Shown: positions 1 to 12,246 of the stretch, one piece after another | Numbering within the stretch: the stretch's first letter is position 1 | Layout of the letters: every line of letters starts with the position of its first letter | Assembly (NCBI RefSeq): GCF_001194135.2 | Contig: NC_068982.1 | Coordinates: 75,501,534 to 75,565,533 of the forward strand | Direction of reading: 5' to 3' | From: Octopus bimaculoides | Lineage: Eukaryota | Length of the DNA: 64,000 nucleotides | Program-made: the position numbers and the translations under genes | The notes under the pieces: model-generated | What the model was told of the DNA's origin: nothing | What the model saw: only the letters and a program-made list of their open reading frames with translations | Databases searched by the model: none

Positions 1-41
1 CCATTGTGGTGTGTGCGTACGAGTAGATGTAATCGCCTTAC

Positions 42-230
42 CTCGGTTTTCCTTTCCTTGACTGCGAGTCCGTCTTGCGGTATCTGATCCTTGAAGCTTG
101 CCCCGACCCAAAGTACACCAGGAATAGCAGCTGCTTCTCCCAGGCCTAGACCTTCGCTAAACACGTCTTGTCCTGACCGCAGCCCCGTTCGAAAAGCGCA
201 CGAATGCCGATCGAGGCTCCCTCTGCCCTT
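42..230 (-). other. Probable non-coding first exon of the neighbouring minus-strand gene (5' boundary approximate)
   Basis: Consensus donor CCGAG|GTAAGG at 42/41 on the minus strand. CpG-rich compared with the rest of the window. No ATG between the promoter motifs and the donor. Confidence 0.55.
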
Positions 231-236
231 TTTCCC

Positions 237-285
237 CTTCCGGTCGACTCGCCCTTCCGGTCAGCCTCCCCAGACACTGACGTCA
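237..285. promoter_or_regulatory. Promoter cassette: two ETS-type CCGGAAG sites and a palindromic CRE
   Basis: CTTCCGG at 237-243 and 254-260, TGACGTCA at 278-285, immediately upstream of the candidate first exon. Function is inferred from the motifs only. Confidence 0.55.
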
Positions 286-2614
286 TACCACATCCATAAC
301 TATCTTGTACCTGATTCTTTTTATAGACCATTTTTTTCTTGTCTCCTCTCTTGAGGGGTGTCATTGCAAAGGTGATTGTTGAGTGCATTAGTAAATTTTT
401 TATACACGTACTTCCCACCACAGTATATATTTAGTGTGTTCAAGCTAAATTGGATGATTTTTTTTTACATTTCCTTTTTGCAGGGATTACTTGATGTATT
501 GGTGAATAGTCAGTGGTGTTGGAGAGCATGAGCATTAAAGTAAAAGTTGGCTGACATGGTGGACAGGAAACTACCTGTTTATAGGAAAAGAGTTACCTGT
601 ATGATGATTTGTGCTGGGTATCAAATATGCTGACATCATGACTGCTGCACAAGGCTCTGCAAACACTGTAGAGGCTGCAATGGAAACTACAAAGCTGTGG
701 CTAGGAGGAAGGGACACATTAAGCATTCTGACTGTGTGTCCTTGAATTGGGCCTTAGGCTCAATTCAGACAGTTATATGAAATTACTGGAGAGGATTACT
801 GCTAGAAGGCCATATGTGTGTCAGCAGGATTCAGTGCCTTGCAATACTTCTGGAAAGAGCTAGAAATGGTTGTTGGAGAATTTCTGGTCTCTTAATTTCT
901 CCAATTGTAATCCCATGGATGACTATGCATGAGGTGGGGAGTTGAGAAAAACAACTGCTTTGCCTCCAACAGCAAGGCCAAAATCAAGGTGTTTGGAGAT
1001 CTTCCCAGAGACAGGAGACAGTGGGAGACATGTGCCAGGTTCCAGAGCCATCCTAAGACTGTGGGCGAAGCTGAAGATGGTTACTTTGAGTAAACTGTTA
1101 TTTCCCAGCCAAAGTCTAGTTGATGTTTTTTTTTAATATTTCAAAGTAGTTTCCTTTTCGATGGGATATTGTGTTTTTCTTTCCCCTTTCATGCTGTCAA
1201 ATCTAAGCCAAACTCCCTGTACATAACAGGTGCAGACATGTCTGTATGGTTAAGAACCTTGCTTCTCAACCTTGTGGTATTGGGTTCAGTTCCAGTGCAT
1301 CGCACCTTGGACAGCAGCCCTGGCCCAACCAAAGTCCTGTGAGTGGATTTGGTAAACATTGTGTTTATGTGTGTATTCACATGTGTCTACCCTTGTCTTA
1401 ACACCACATGAGGGTTGTAAATGAGCATTATCATCATACAAGCTTCCAGTCTTTCATAGAGACATTTTTGGCCATGGGAAATATCACTTTACTTGGAAAC
1501 AAGTGTGGCATCCAGTTGTAAAAAAAATCTGTCTCAACAAATCTGACCTATGGAAGCTGGGAAAAGTGAATGTTAAATAACGATGATATATACACGTTTG
1601 TATGTATCTGGTGTACGCTCCATATTAATTTAGTGGGTGTTGGGTGGAAAAATTTACCTGCTAGTGTCTCTTAGAGTGTAGTGGGTAGTGAATGGGTCTG
1701 GTGTATTTTTGGGGATTTTCTTTTATTGTTGCACTGTAATGCATTGATATTGGGAGGTGGATGTAGATTTTATGTGCTTGCAATAAGGGTGAATATATGA
1801 TTGTTGTGGAAAGTATTTATGTAGGTTGGGGTGGGAAGTTAGCTAGATTCAATTTATTTCTGATAGGAATGTGTTTTTAAGGTTTGTAGTTTGAAGTATT
1901 TTTCCTGTGCACAAAAAGAGCCAACATACATAATACATTCTCATCTGTTCAAATGTTCACCAATAAGATCTGTTAACTTTTCTATGACAAAGATTACATA
2001 TAATACTTCATGCATTATATTAATTTCTTTTGGCAATAATACTCCAGTTTATAATAAACACTTCACAGTCTGTCAGGTTTCATACCAATTGAGAAAGTGA
2101 AACTATATTGCACTTGCTTCTGTTTCTAGATGAAGCTGTATGTTGTATTAATCTTCCTTCGAAGGTATTGTCTATTGATCCAATGTCAGGATCTCATATG
2201 TTGTATACATCAAGAATGTTGGCTCTGCAAACCAGCTCCTTCTTGAAATATTTGCTGTTTAGTTCTGAACTTATATAATCATTTCACTGACAAGTCATTG
2301 ATCAGCCAGAGATATAGAAGATAAATGTCCAACTTGCATAAAGTGTCAGTCAGTGAGAATGAACCTAAAAACATGTAGTCATATAGCATATTTCTAAACT
2401 GCACAGCCCTGCCTGCACCCACCTTCTATTCATACATGACTATGAAACTTTGTCAAAGCAGATTTTGTTACAGTGGGATGCTTTACATTAGGTATATATA
2501 CATATGTATGCCATCATCATCATTTAACATGTTTTCCATGTTGGCATGGGTTGGACATACATACACACACAATTATATATACATACACACATAAATACAC
2601 ATACATACATATAT

Positions 2615-2714
2615 NNNNNNNNNNNNNNNNNNNNNNNNNNNNNNNNNNNNNNNNNNNNNNNNNNNNNNNNNNNNNNNNNNNNNNNNNNNNNNNNNNNNNN
2701 NNNNNNNNNNNNNN
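2615..2714. other. Assembly gap (100 N) within TA/CA microsatellite
   Basis: Run of N flanked by low-complexity TA/CA repeats. Confidence 0.95.
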
Positions 2715-2725
2715 TATATATATAC

Positions 2726-2758
<33 letters not shown>

Positions 2759-2869
2759 AATACACACACACGTTTAACCCATATTAATTGTATGAAAAAC
2801 TAAGTCGTAATCATTCTTTGATGATTTAGTTGTCCATACAATTGAAGATATGTAAATTCTCATGGATTA

Positions 2870-3400
2870 TATTTCTGTATCTTACAAGGCATTTGGACTC
2901 AGCATTAGCATGAACAAGACCATTGTAATGTTCCAGCTTGTATCAGAAGACCTACATGTGAAACCATTTATGTTAGTTGAAAATAAGAAACACTACTAAG
3001 TTTGTCTACCTGGGCAGTATACTCAGTTTTCTTGCTCTTTTGATGCTGAAATATCTTGAAGGTTTCAGAAGGCAACTGATTCCTTCAGGGCTTGAGTTTC
3101 GTGTCTGGTCCCAACATGGCATTATAAGGCAAACAAAAGTTACTGTGCACCATGTGTGAGTGCTGATGTCATTCCTTTACTCATGTGAGACAGGGATTCT
3201 TTAAGGATATTTGAACTCTTCCATCAAAGATGTCTCAGACACATACTGAATGTTGGCTGGTCTTTGTGGACTCTACACACATACACAAATCAGCTGCTTA
3301 CAATTGTGCCTTTGGAGAAATGTGGAATGACAAATTTCTTACTTGGAAAACAAGGTATGGTTGAGCAACAGGAAGTACGTCAAGCAATAAAACAATGCCT
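2870..3400 (+). mobile_element. Decayed RTE-like LINE ORF2 fragment
   Basis: Translation KFVYLGSILS...LEFRVWSQHGI.RQTK resembles the post-RT region of RTE elements. Many stops and frameshifts; boundaries approximate. Confidence 0.5.
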
Positions 3401-4730
3401 CAGTAATAAATATATTGGTGCAACCTACATTAACATAGAGAAAAGAACACACAGGAGTGGCTTATTGGTACAAGCAAGGTTGTGTAGTTAAGTTTGCTTC
3501 TCAACCACATGGTTTCGGGTTCAGTCCCATAGCATAGTGCCTTCAGCAAGTGACTTTTATGGTAGTCCAGGAACAACCAAAGCATTGTGAGAGGATCTGC
3601 TTGATGGAACCTGAACAAAACCTGTGATATATATTTGTGAGTGTGTATATGTTGGTATCTCCTTATCTCGGCAATGTGTGATAAACATGAATGTCACTGT
3701 CATTCATTTCCAATATTCTACAATAATAATATCTGACCATAGGGAAATATTATCTTGCTTGGAAACAGGAAAGGTATCTTGACATAGAAAATCTGCCTCA
3801 ATAAACTTTGGTCCACCCATGAAGCATGGAAAAGTGGATGTTAAAATTATTACGACATCATAGTTACATCTCCCTTACATTCTGGGTTTAAATCTCAGCT
3901 GGGTTGAATTTGCGATTAATGTTTACTGAGGTCAATGAAATTTAATACCAATCAAATACTGAGGTCAATATAATCGATTCGTCTTGAAGGTAAATAGTTC
4001 AGATTACTAGCCACAGTCCAATGATGGGAATCAATAAAAACGATATTGCATACACATATAATTGTATGTGTTAAACATGTATACTGTATGTGTGTGTGTT
4101 TTATGGTTATATAGAATGTGTTAACATATAGGAAAACACATACACGCACACATATAATAAACAGACTGATGTTTGAGTATATATTGCTGATGTATGTAAA
4201 ATTTTCCACAGAAGCTGATCAATGTTACATAAAAGTACACAGACAATACAATGTCTCCTCCTCCTACTCTTCCTTCTCATGTAATGCAGGCATGTCTTGT
4301 TTCTTTGCAGCTGTTGCTTAGTCAATATTTTCTCAAGAAACCTCACATATATGAGCACATTGCTAATATATACCCCACTGGCACAACATATACACATATG
4401 CATGCACACACACACACATCTACTTTTGCAAATAATGCTATTTTTATTAGGTAGGCTGGCACCAGTGTGTTGTTGGTAGAATCTGTGGGAATCAAAATGC
4501 CTGTCATATTTTGATTCTCTGTCAGTACTGTTTTGTAGTCGATTCGAATTCTACTGCAGTTGATTTTACCATTTACCATCTGTCTGCAAGTTGATTTATT
4601 AAATACCAATTAAATACCTGGGGGAAACTCAACTCATTTCCTACTTTTATTGAAATTTACATAATTCAAAGGCGGGAAATCTTAATATCTGAAGGCTTCA
4701 ATGAATTCTGTGTAAGTTAATGTCTGCATA

Positions 4731-5105
4731 TGTTGTTGTTGGCACTCCGTCACTTATGACGTCGAGGGTTCCAGTTGATCCGATCAACGGAACAGCTTGC
4801 TCGTGAAATTAACGTGCAAGTGGCTGAGCACTCCACAGACACGTGTACCCTTAATGTAGTTCTTGGGGATATTCAGCATGACACAGTGTGACAAGGCTGA
4901 CCCTTTGAATTACAGGCACAACAGAAACAGGAAGTAAGAGTGAGAGAAAGTTGTGGTGAAAGAGTATAGCAGGGTTCGCCACCATCCCCTGCCGGAGCCT
5001 CGTGGAGCTTTAGGTGTTTTCGCTCAATAAACACTCACAACACCCGGTCTGGGAATCGAAACCGCGAGTCCACTGCCCTAACCACTGGGCCATTGCGCCT
5101 CCACG
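4731..5105 (-). mobile_element. tRNA-derived SINE, full length, with 12-bp target-site duplication
   Basis: Head TGGAGGCGCAATGGCCCAGTGGTTAG...GGTTTCGATTCCC (A/B-box-like), (CAA)n tail, TSD AATGTCTGCATA at 4719-4730 and 5106-5117. Related copies at about 26995-27300 (-) and 43170-43487 (+). Confidence 0.9.
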
Positions 5106-5277
5106 AATGTCTGCATAAAACAAAATCTTATATAAAGTATATATGGAAACAAGGAATAGGGTATAAACTCTATATGCTGTAGCTAGTGTAAACTATGGAC
5201 ACACAAGAGATGTAGTGAAATCACAGGCAGACTAAGAAAAGAAAGTAAGCTTTGTATGTGGTAACTGCAGTGGGGCA

Positions 5278-6508
5278 ATATCTCATCCCATAAATAATGT
5301 GGTATTTTTATACTTTTTATTTTTCAAAATTAAGATAAACAAAGTTCTTTTTTTAATCTAAAATATACTCTCTTTCATTTTATATAATGCTCTTCCATCT
5401 ATCTGGTAGATTTCGTCTGTGATGAAAAATACTCCTCCACTACAGAATTCATATTTTTTCCATCCAAATGATTTTGAAGACTGCAGAATAAATGATAATC
5501 AGATAATGGCAATGTCTGGCGAATATGGTGGATGGGGCATTGTCTCCCATTCAAACCGCTCCAGCCTTTAGAATGTCATCCTTGTTGTATGTGGCCAAGC
5601 ATTAACCTGATGGAAGAACACCTTTCATCTTGAAATCAAAGATGGTCGTTTTCCTTCTTGTGCTGACTCAGAGCTGCTTGTAATAGATCTCTTTTGTTAT
5701 CATTTGATTTGGGTTTAAAAGTTCAAAATGAATAAACCTTTCATATCTCACCAAACAGATAACAATACCTTACGTGGGTAAAGACCTTTAGCCTGCGGTG
5801 CTGGTGTTTCTCCTTTTCCTACCCACTGTCTTTAGCACTTGACATTTTTATAGAGAACCCATTTCTCATCACCAGTCACTATTCAGTCTTGAAACGGTTC
5901 ATTTGTGAGATGTAACAGCAAAGAAGAGCACACATTCACTCTTTGCGCGCGATTAGACTCGGAAAATTTGTGAGGAACCCATTGACTCAATTTGCTGACT
6001 TTACTGATGGCATGCAGGTATCGATGAATGGTTGAATGACTAAATCCAAGCTTGACTGCTACTTCCTCAACAGTTACGAACGGATTTTGTTCCACCAGGG
6101 TTTGCAGGATGTCCTCATTGAGCTCTACAGTTCTTCCATGATGAGTCTCGTCTTCTAGGCTGTAGTTTCCGGCTCGGAATTTCTGGAACCATTGTTAATA
6201 CTGGCTTATGCTTATTGTCCAATGCCCATATACTGCATTGATATTCCTTGCACTTTCCATCGTGTTGTTGCCTTTATTAAACTCATAAAGCAAAATAAGC
6301 CGAATATGCTCCTTTATCACTTGTATTATAGCTTTGAAAAAATGACTGTTAAAATCGAACTGTACTCTTCAAAACTTGCACTAAGAATAAGCACAAAGTA
6401 AAACTACTACCTGCTTTTATAGCAGGTTGATGCAGGTAGTTTATCCCATCCCCCTCCGACTTTTAATGCATGCAATTGAAAAACTGCATTATTTATGGGA
6501 TGACCCAA
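5278..6508 (-). mobile_element. Mariner transposon, near full length, transposase disrupted
   Basis: Translated motifs EHIRLILLYEFNKG, QWVPHK, IVTGDEKW, HPPYSPDIA with stops and frameshifts. Inverted termini share TCATCCCATAAATAATG (5283-5299, reverse complement at about 6487-6503). TA follows the right end. Confidence 0.92.
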
Positions 6509-6559
6509 TACTATGAGCACTAATTACTCCTACAGTTTTTAAATGCCTAGATGGCTCAC

Positions 6560-6790
6560 TAAAATAGTCAATAGCTTTGGTTTTTGTTACCCAGGGGACA
6601 AAATTAGCAGACGAGATGGTTGCTCAGAAAGTATAGAAAACAGGATAAGAAAAACAGATCGGGAGCTATAACCATTACTGGCAAAAAGATTATTTCCCTC
6701 AGGGGAAAGGGCACTTTGTATGATGCCTGTGTTAGAACTGAATATAGAAGGTCTGCACAGATTAAAAATACATGAAGCTAGCAAATCAGA
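6560..6790 (+). mobile_element. Decayed RTE LINE fragment, same family as 30613-32002
   Basis: Degenerate NSF.YLGDKIS...ELLPLLAK...GTLYDACVR matches the translation of the copy at 31086-31716. Confidence 0.6.
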
Positions 6791-6951
6791 GAAAAAGTTA
6801 TTACATTTAAAATATAACAGTAGACGGATCTTGTTCAAAACGGGGGCACCAGTTTTCATTTATGTTTTATGTAGTGTTTTTGGTACCGAAAGACTTTCAA
6901 ACTTCGTATACTTATCTATTTTGTGTTATAGAACAGAAAAAAATTTTTGTA

Positions 6952-7350
6952 TTCGAATTTATTTCATGTAAAAAATTGTCTTATTTCGATAATTTCTACT
7001 AATCACTGACGTCTATTCAGTTGAAAACAGTTAGCGCTGTAACGGTGAATATCGTAGTAATCCCCGTTAGTTCTGACATTTCCGATTAACTAGACTGTTA
7101 ACCCTAACCCTAAAACTAACCCTAACTCTAGAATCCGAACTCTAAAATTGTTACACACATAGATACGCACAGCGTAATTTATTATATAAACAATATATGC
7201 GTATAAATTACGATTAAACCGGATGAAATATGTCACAGGGAATAACATTTTTATGACCGGCCAGCAGTAACTCTATTCAGCTGAATAGACGTCAGTGATT
7301 GGTTGAAATTACTGAAATACGACAACTTTAACATGAAATAACTTGCGATG
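6952..7350. mobile_element. MITE with about 88-bp terminal inverted repeats and internal TAACCC telomere-like repeats
   Basis: 6952-7039 aligns to the reverse complement of 7262-7350 (core AATCACTGACGTCTATTCAG). TA on both flanks. TTAACCCTAACCCTAAAACTAACCCTAAC at about 7099-7127. Confidence 0.8.
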
Positions 7351-7841
7351 TACGTTTTTTTGTTAAGAAGACTAAGAGAAAAAGATGTTTTATATGACAC
7401 ATTCTACCAGTGTCCCAAGTTTCAAAGTGTTTCGTTAAGAAAATACTGGTGCCCCCGTTTTGAACAAGATCCCAGTAGACATTCAAATATAATAGAAAAA
7501 ACAAACAAACAAGCCCCACAAAAATCTTTCATTCAATAAATGTTGGTGTGATTTTATTGTGACAAATTATACATTTATATGAGGAGCAGTGAATACAATA
7601 ATTGACAAAATGTTCCCCCTACCCCACCAAATGCTGGGTTGAAATTTTGTTTACAACACCAAGCTTAGATTGCAGAAACTATTTACACATTTATGTGAGG
7701 GAAGTGAAAGAGGAAGAGGACTAATAAATGTTGCCACTGCAAAAATTAGTAGAAAACACACAACGATTTGTCATGTTCTTTGTAAAACAACAACAAAATG
7801 ACGGTTTCTTAAAAATTATAATTATCATAGAACATGTTTAA

Positions 7842-8063
7842 CCCCTTTGATACAAACCTGCCTGAGACTGTCCCTGGTTCTATGGCATAAATTCTTCATT
7901 TTAAAGTGATCTAAACTAAACCTTCCACCAAAATTCCATTTTAATTCATGTTCCAAACACCAGCTTAATAACAATAAGGTTATATCAGTAAGTTCTTCAT
8001 TATTTTCAAAATAAATTGGCAACAAAGGCAGCATATTTCAAGAGAAATATGATAACAAAAGGG
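7842..8063. mobile_element. TTAA-flanked MITE (piggyBac-like ends)
   Basis: TTAA|CCC...AAAGGG|TTAA. Related copies at 10510-10729, 13541-14040, about 21905-22160, 29120-29290, 37340-37490 and 60830-61000. Confidence 0.75.
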
Positions 8064-9089
8064 TTAACTGTGTAGAAGTATGTGACAAGTAGATAACATA
8101 ACTAGCAAGAAGTTACAACACAGCAGTGGCAGAGCATTCTTCCTTCCCCTTTCCAAGTCATTTAATGTGATTTTGGCTCTAATATTTTAATATTTTCTCT
8201 CCAGTTTTCAGTGTTATATAATTTAAGTGAAATCTTATTTACAACCAATTTCTTTCTTATATACGTTTTTTTCCAACCTGTGATGACAAAAGGATAATGA
8301 TACTAGTCTAAAGTAGTAACAGTCACTTCCCTTAAACATGAATAAACCTAAATACAGCTCAGGTGAGAAATTCTATAAAACAGTTTTGTCAGGATGATGT
8401 TAAAGGGTTCTCTCTGATTCACAAATAAATACGAAAAGATAGGTCAGCAAATTTCCTCAATCTGAACCATTATCTTATGGAGTGGCCAAAAATGACACTT
8501 TTTGATTGAATTAACACTTAATAATAATAATGATAATAATAATAGTGAAAGATTTTTGAATTGAGACTCCAGTTGCCAACCTGCAGAAAACTGCAAGAAT
8601 CTTAAGAAAGAATCTTGAGATCTGAGGAGACGTGTTGTCACCAAACCTGAAAACAACATTTCTTCTAACTAATATAGAATATAATAGTTATCAAAATAAT
8701 AATACTGGGAAGTAACAAAAGTGAAGTCCTATTCTGGTGTAATTTTAATCCTTGAAATCCTGATAAAATGTCATGAAGAGAACAAGACTGTGCTAAATTT
8801 TGAGTTATTGGGGGTATGTTTAACATTCTCTATATAATTCTAGGAGACATAATAAGGGGTGTTTTCCTATTACATTCTAGTCAATTCCATAAGAAACACT
8901 TCCAGACATTGAATAGCTCCAGCATGGCCACAGTCAACTGTAGTCGAAACCAGTCAAAGAGTATAACTATGTTTGAGCAGAGCCAACATTTTTAAATGTG
9001 TAAAAGTATGTGACAAGTAGAGAATATAACTAGAAACTAGAAAGAAGTAACAACACAGCAATGGCATAGTGTTCTTCCCCCTTTCTAAG

Positions 9090-9429
9090 GTAAAGACCCC
9101 CTTCAGTCATGAATGAGCATGGGATTGCACCTAAAAAGTCACCCTCTGATGCACAAGTCCAGGCAAGGTTGTTTGTGAAAGACCAACAGTTGCCCAATGA
9201 ATACCAGCCTTCCCTCTCCACACCACTGATGTTATCCAAGGGAAAGGCAAAGGCCGATACAGCTTGGCACCAGTGACGTTGCAACTCATTTCTACAACTG
9301 AGTGAACTGGAGCAACATAAAAATAAAGTATCTTGCTCAAGAAGACAACACACAGCTTGGTCTGGGAATCGAACTCCCTACCTCATGATTATGAGACTGA
9401 CACTCTAACCACTGAGCCATGCACCTTCA
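9090..9429 (-). mobile_element. tRNA-derived SINE
   Basis: Head TGAAGGTGCATGGCTCAGTGGTTAGAGTG...GAGTTCGATTCCCAGACC followed by a TTCTTGAGCAAGATACTTT central segment like that of other SINEs in the window. Confidence 0.75.
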
Positions 9430-10165
9430 ATTTAAAAATCATAAAAAAAAAAAAAAACTAAGTAAATCTGTTTGGGTTATTAAATCCACAGACATTATTA
9501 TCCAATATACTTCAACAAACTCATTAACAAAAGTTTCATTTAGCTGCCATCCCTCACTGAAGTTTGATATTACAAATTTAAACTAGGAACAATTATAACA
9601 ATTATTAATGATAAGAGTGAAAAGATAGTGTATTTATCATGTACGAAAAGGTAGGGTTGCAGGTGTCCTTAAATCTTTATTTAGATTTTCTTGAGGCATA
9701 GAACTTATAAGGCCAGTTACCTAGTTTCCATGGCATATATCAGTGACTGAAATTATAACATTACCCACTGAATGGGACAGTTGCAGAATTCAAGACCAGC
9801 AATTTCTGAGGGGAGGGGACAAATCAATGCCATCAACCCCAGTACTTGACTGGTACTTCATTTTATCAACTGCAAAGGGAAGAAAGGTAAAGCTGACCTC
9901 GGCAGGATGTGAATTCAGAACATATTGGTTCTGCTCGTTTGCTGCCTCAAATAAATTAACACTGATATGATGATGGTAATGATGAAAAGAGACTGGTTCA
10001 ATCTAAAAATTTTTATGTATGATTATTAATATAATTAACACTTTCTAACTTTGCTGCTGGGGATAAGATTTAATTAAATTGACTTTGTATTTGATTGATA
10101 ATTCATTTTATGGACCCCTGAGGAAACGAAAGTCAAAGTTGATCATGATAAGATTCCAGCTGTAA

Positions 10166-10364
10166 CCCTTTAGCATTTAAACCAGCCATATCTAACTCAA
10201 ATATTTTATCAGATCTGGCCTCTCACACCTACCCTGCAATATCATTCTAAAAATAAACAGTCACATCATCGAAATCTCAAAGCTATGAGATAATGCATGA
10301 TTAATTCAAAACAATGTGAATAAATAAGCATTATATTTGAAAGAGTAATGAGAATGCTAAAGGG
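10166..10364. mobile_element. Second TTAA-type MITE family
   Basis: 12-bp inverted termini CCCTTTAGCATT / AATGCTAAAGGG, flanked by GTAA and TTAA. A related copy lies at 28733-28951. Confidence 0.7.
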
Positions 10365-10509
10365 TTAAATTTAAGGGCCTCCATCTGTAATTACCAAAGG
10401 ATTTTCTTCCTATCATCATTTTCCATCCATTTTCCATACTAGTAGGAGTTGGCTTGCTGGAGATCCATGAAGAAACATTTACAAAGAGTCAGGCTTCATT
10501 TCAACTTAA

Positions 10510-10729
10510 CCCTTTTATTACCAACCTGGCTGAAACCAGCTCTGGCTCTGAGTACAAATGTCTTATTTTCATAAGTTTTGAATTAGAATCTTCCACCAAA
10601 CCTTAGTCACAATTTATGTTCCTAACACTAGCTGAATGATAACTAAGTTATTTTACTAAATTTTTTGTTATATTTAAAGTAATTGAAGGAAACACAGAGC
10701 ATCTCAAAATAAATTCAGTAACGAAAGGG
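10510..10729. mobile_element. TTAA-flanked MITE
   Basis: TTAA|CCCTTT...AAAGGG|TTAA; interior similar to 7842-8063. Confidence 0.75.
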
Positions 10730-11955
10730 TTAAGGATTTCAGCAATAAGGCAGCTTGCTCTTGCTGTCTTTTTAGAAAGGAATATATTATCATAATGAAC
10801 ATATAAACTGGTTATTTCACTCCTCATAACAACTGAACTTAATTAAATTCTTCTAAGAACCCATTCTACAAACTAACTGCAGCTGACATAGACCATCATT
10901 ATTTCATTTGGATTCTGGATTGCCTTCTATAATTTAAAAGAGTTGGACTATTTTTGGAATTGACTGGCATCTCAGAGCACTGGTGTTGTCATGATAAAGG
11001 GAAAGAAAACAACCAAATAGCCCCAATAAGTTGTTTTGACTTCTCATGGCAACAGTAAATAATTTTTGTATGGTTAATTAAAAATAACATTAACATTTCT
11101 CAAGTTGGGAGTTTACATCTCATTACTTCCATCAAGTGTTGACAGTGTCTTTCAAGTGACAATTTCTGAAAGCTAACTTCCTTTCCAGAGGTCAACTGAC
11201 TTGGACTCACTTATCAAGTGGATTTAATAATACTAAACAGAGACAACAAATAACTTTATATGTTTGCAAAGTCACTGCATTACACAATTGCAAACTGATA
11301 ACATGTCAACTGAAATAACATATTAAACCTGCTCAGAAACAATTAATACATCTAACATATAAAACAAATAATATATCTGTCCAGGGCTCAACTTATTGCT
11401 TATATTACTGCCTTGTAGAACAATCTTCCATTATCTAATTATCTATTTAGATCAGAAACAACTTTTGTAGTTACCAATGGAAGAAGAGAGAACAGTGTTT
11501 ATATCATGTATGAGGAAATGACCAGTGTTTCAAGTAGAGTTATTTCATCACAGATCAAAATTAGAAAATAAAAATATGGTGCATGAACCTAACATCATAC
11601 CTAACTAATAAAATGCTACATAACGTAGAATTATCTAAAATATAGTTCTAATTATCACTTGGCTTTTGCTTAAGCAATGCTTGTCAAGCAGCCATAAAAC
11701 ATGGCATGTCACAAGCAGCCTAGGACATGGCATATTAACCTGTCAATGATCGACAATGCACATTATAATATTTAATGATCAAACAGCTAAGGATAATGAT
11801 ATCAAACAGCTAAGGATAATGATAGAGTAAATTGATTTAAAAGGAAAACTCGAAAAGCTGGAATTAACTGCAGTAATTACCATAAACTAATTTTTTAAGA
11901 ACTTTGTGCTCCGTTTTACTCTATTTCATTATCATTATTGTAATTGTTGTTGTTG

Positions 11956-11987
<32 letters not shown>

Positions 11988-12246
11988 GATGTTATTGTTG
12001 TTTTTTTTTTTGGCTTAAAGGGACTGAAATGGAGAAAATAGTTGAAACTGAGAGGGACAATAAAATGTAGCTTTGAAGTGAACAGAATGTGGAGACAGTA
12101 GGAGATATATTTACAACACTGTACAATCTTAATTGAAGGAAAAAGAACCTCAAAACAGACCAATGCAGACAAAAAAATAACTTCAATGATGATCATGAAT
12201 AAAGTAGTGGGGTATCAATAGTCCAAATGCTGAAGATGTATTGATT

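Noticed and set aside
91-421. ORFs 91-354 (+) and 146-421 (-)
   Set aside because: No recognisable protein. They overlap the promoter and 5' UTR-like region and are better explained by its higher GC content.
2473-2803. ORFs spanning N gaps or microsatellites (also 15630-15915, 42108-42784, 50298-50958, 59155-59469)
   Set aside because: Artefacts of N runs and stop-free dinucleotide repeats.
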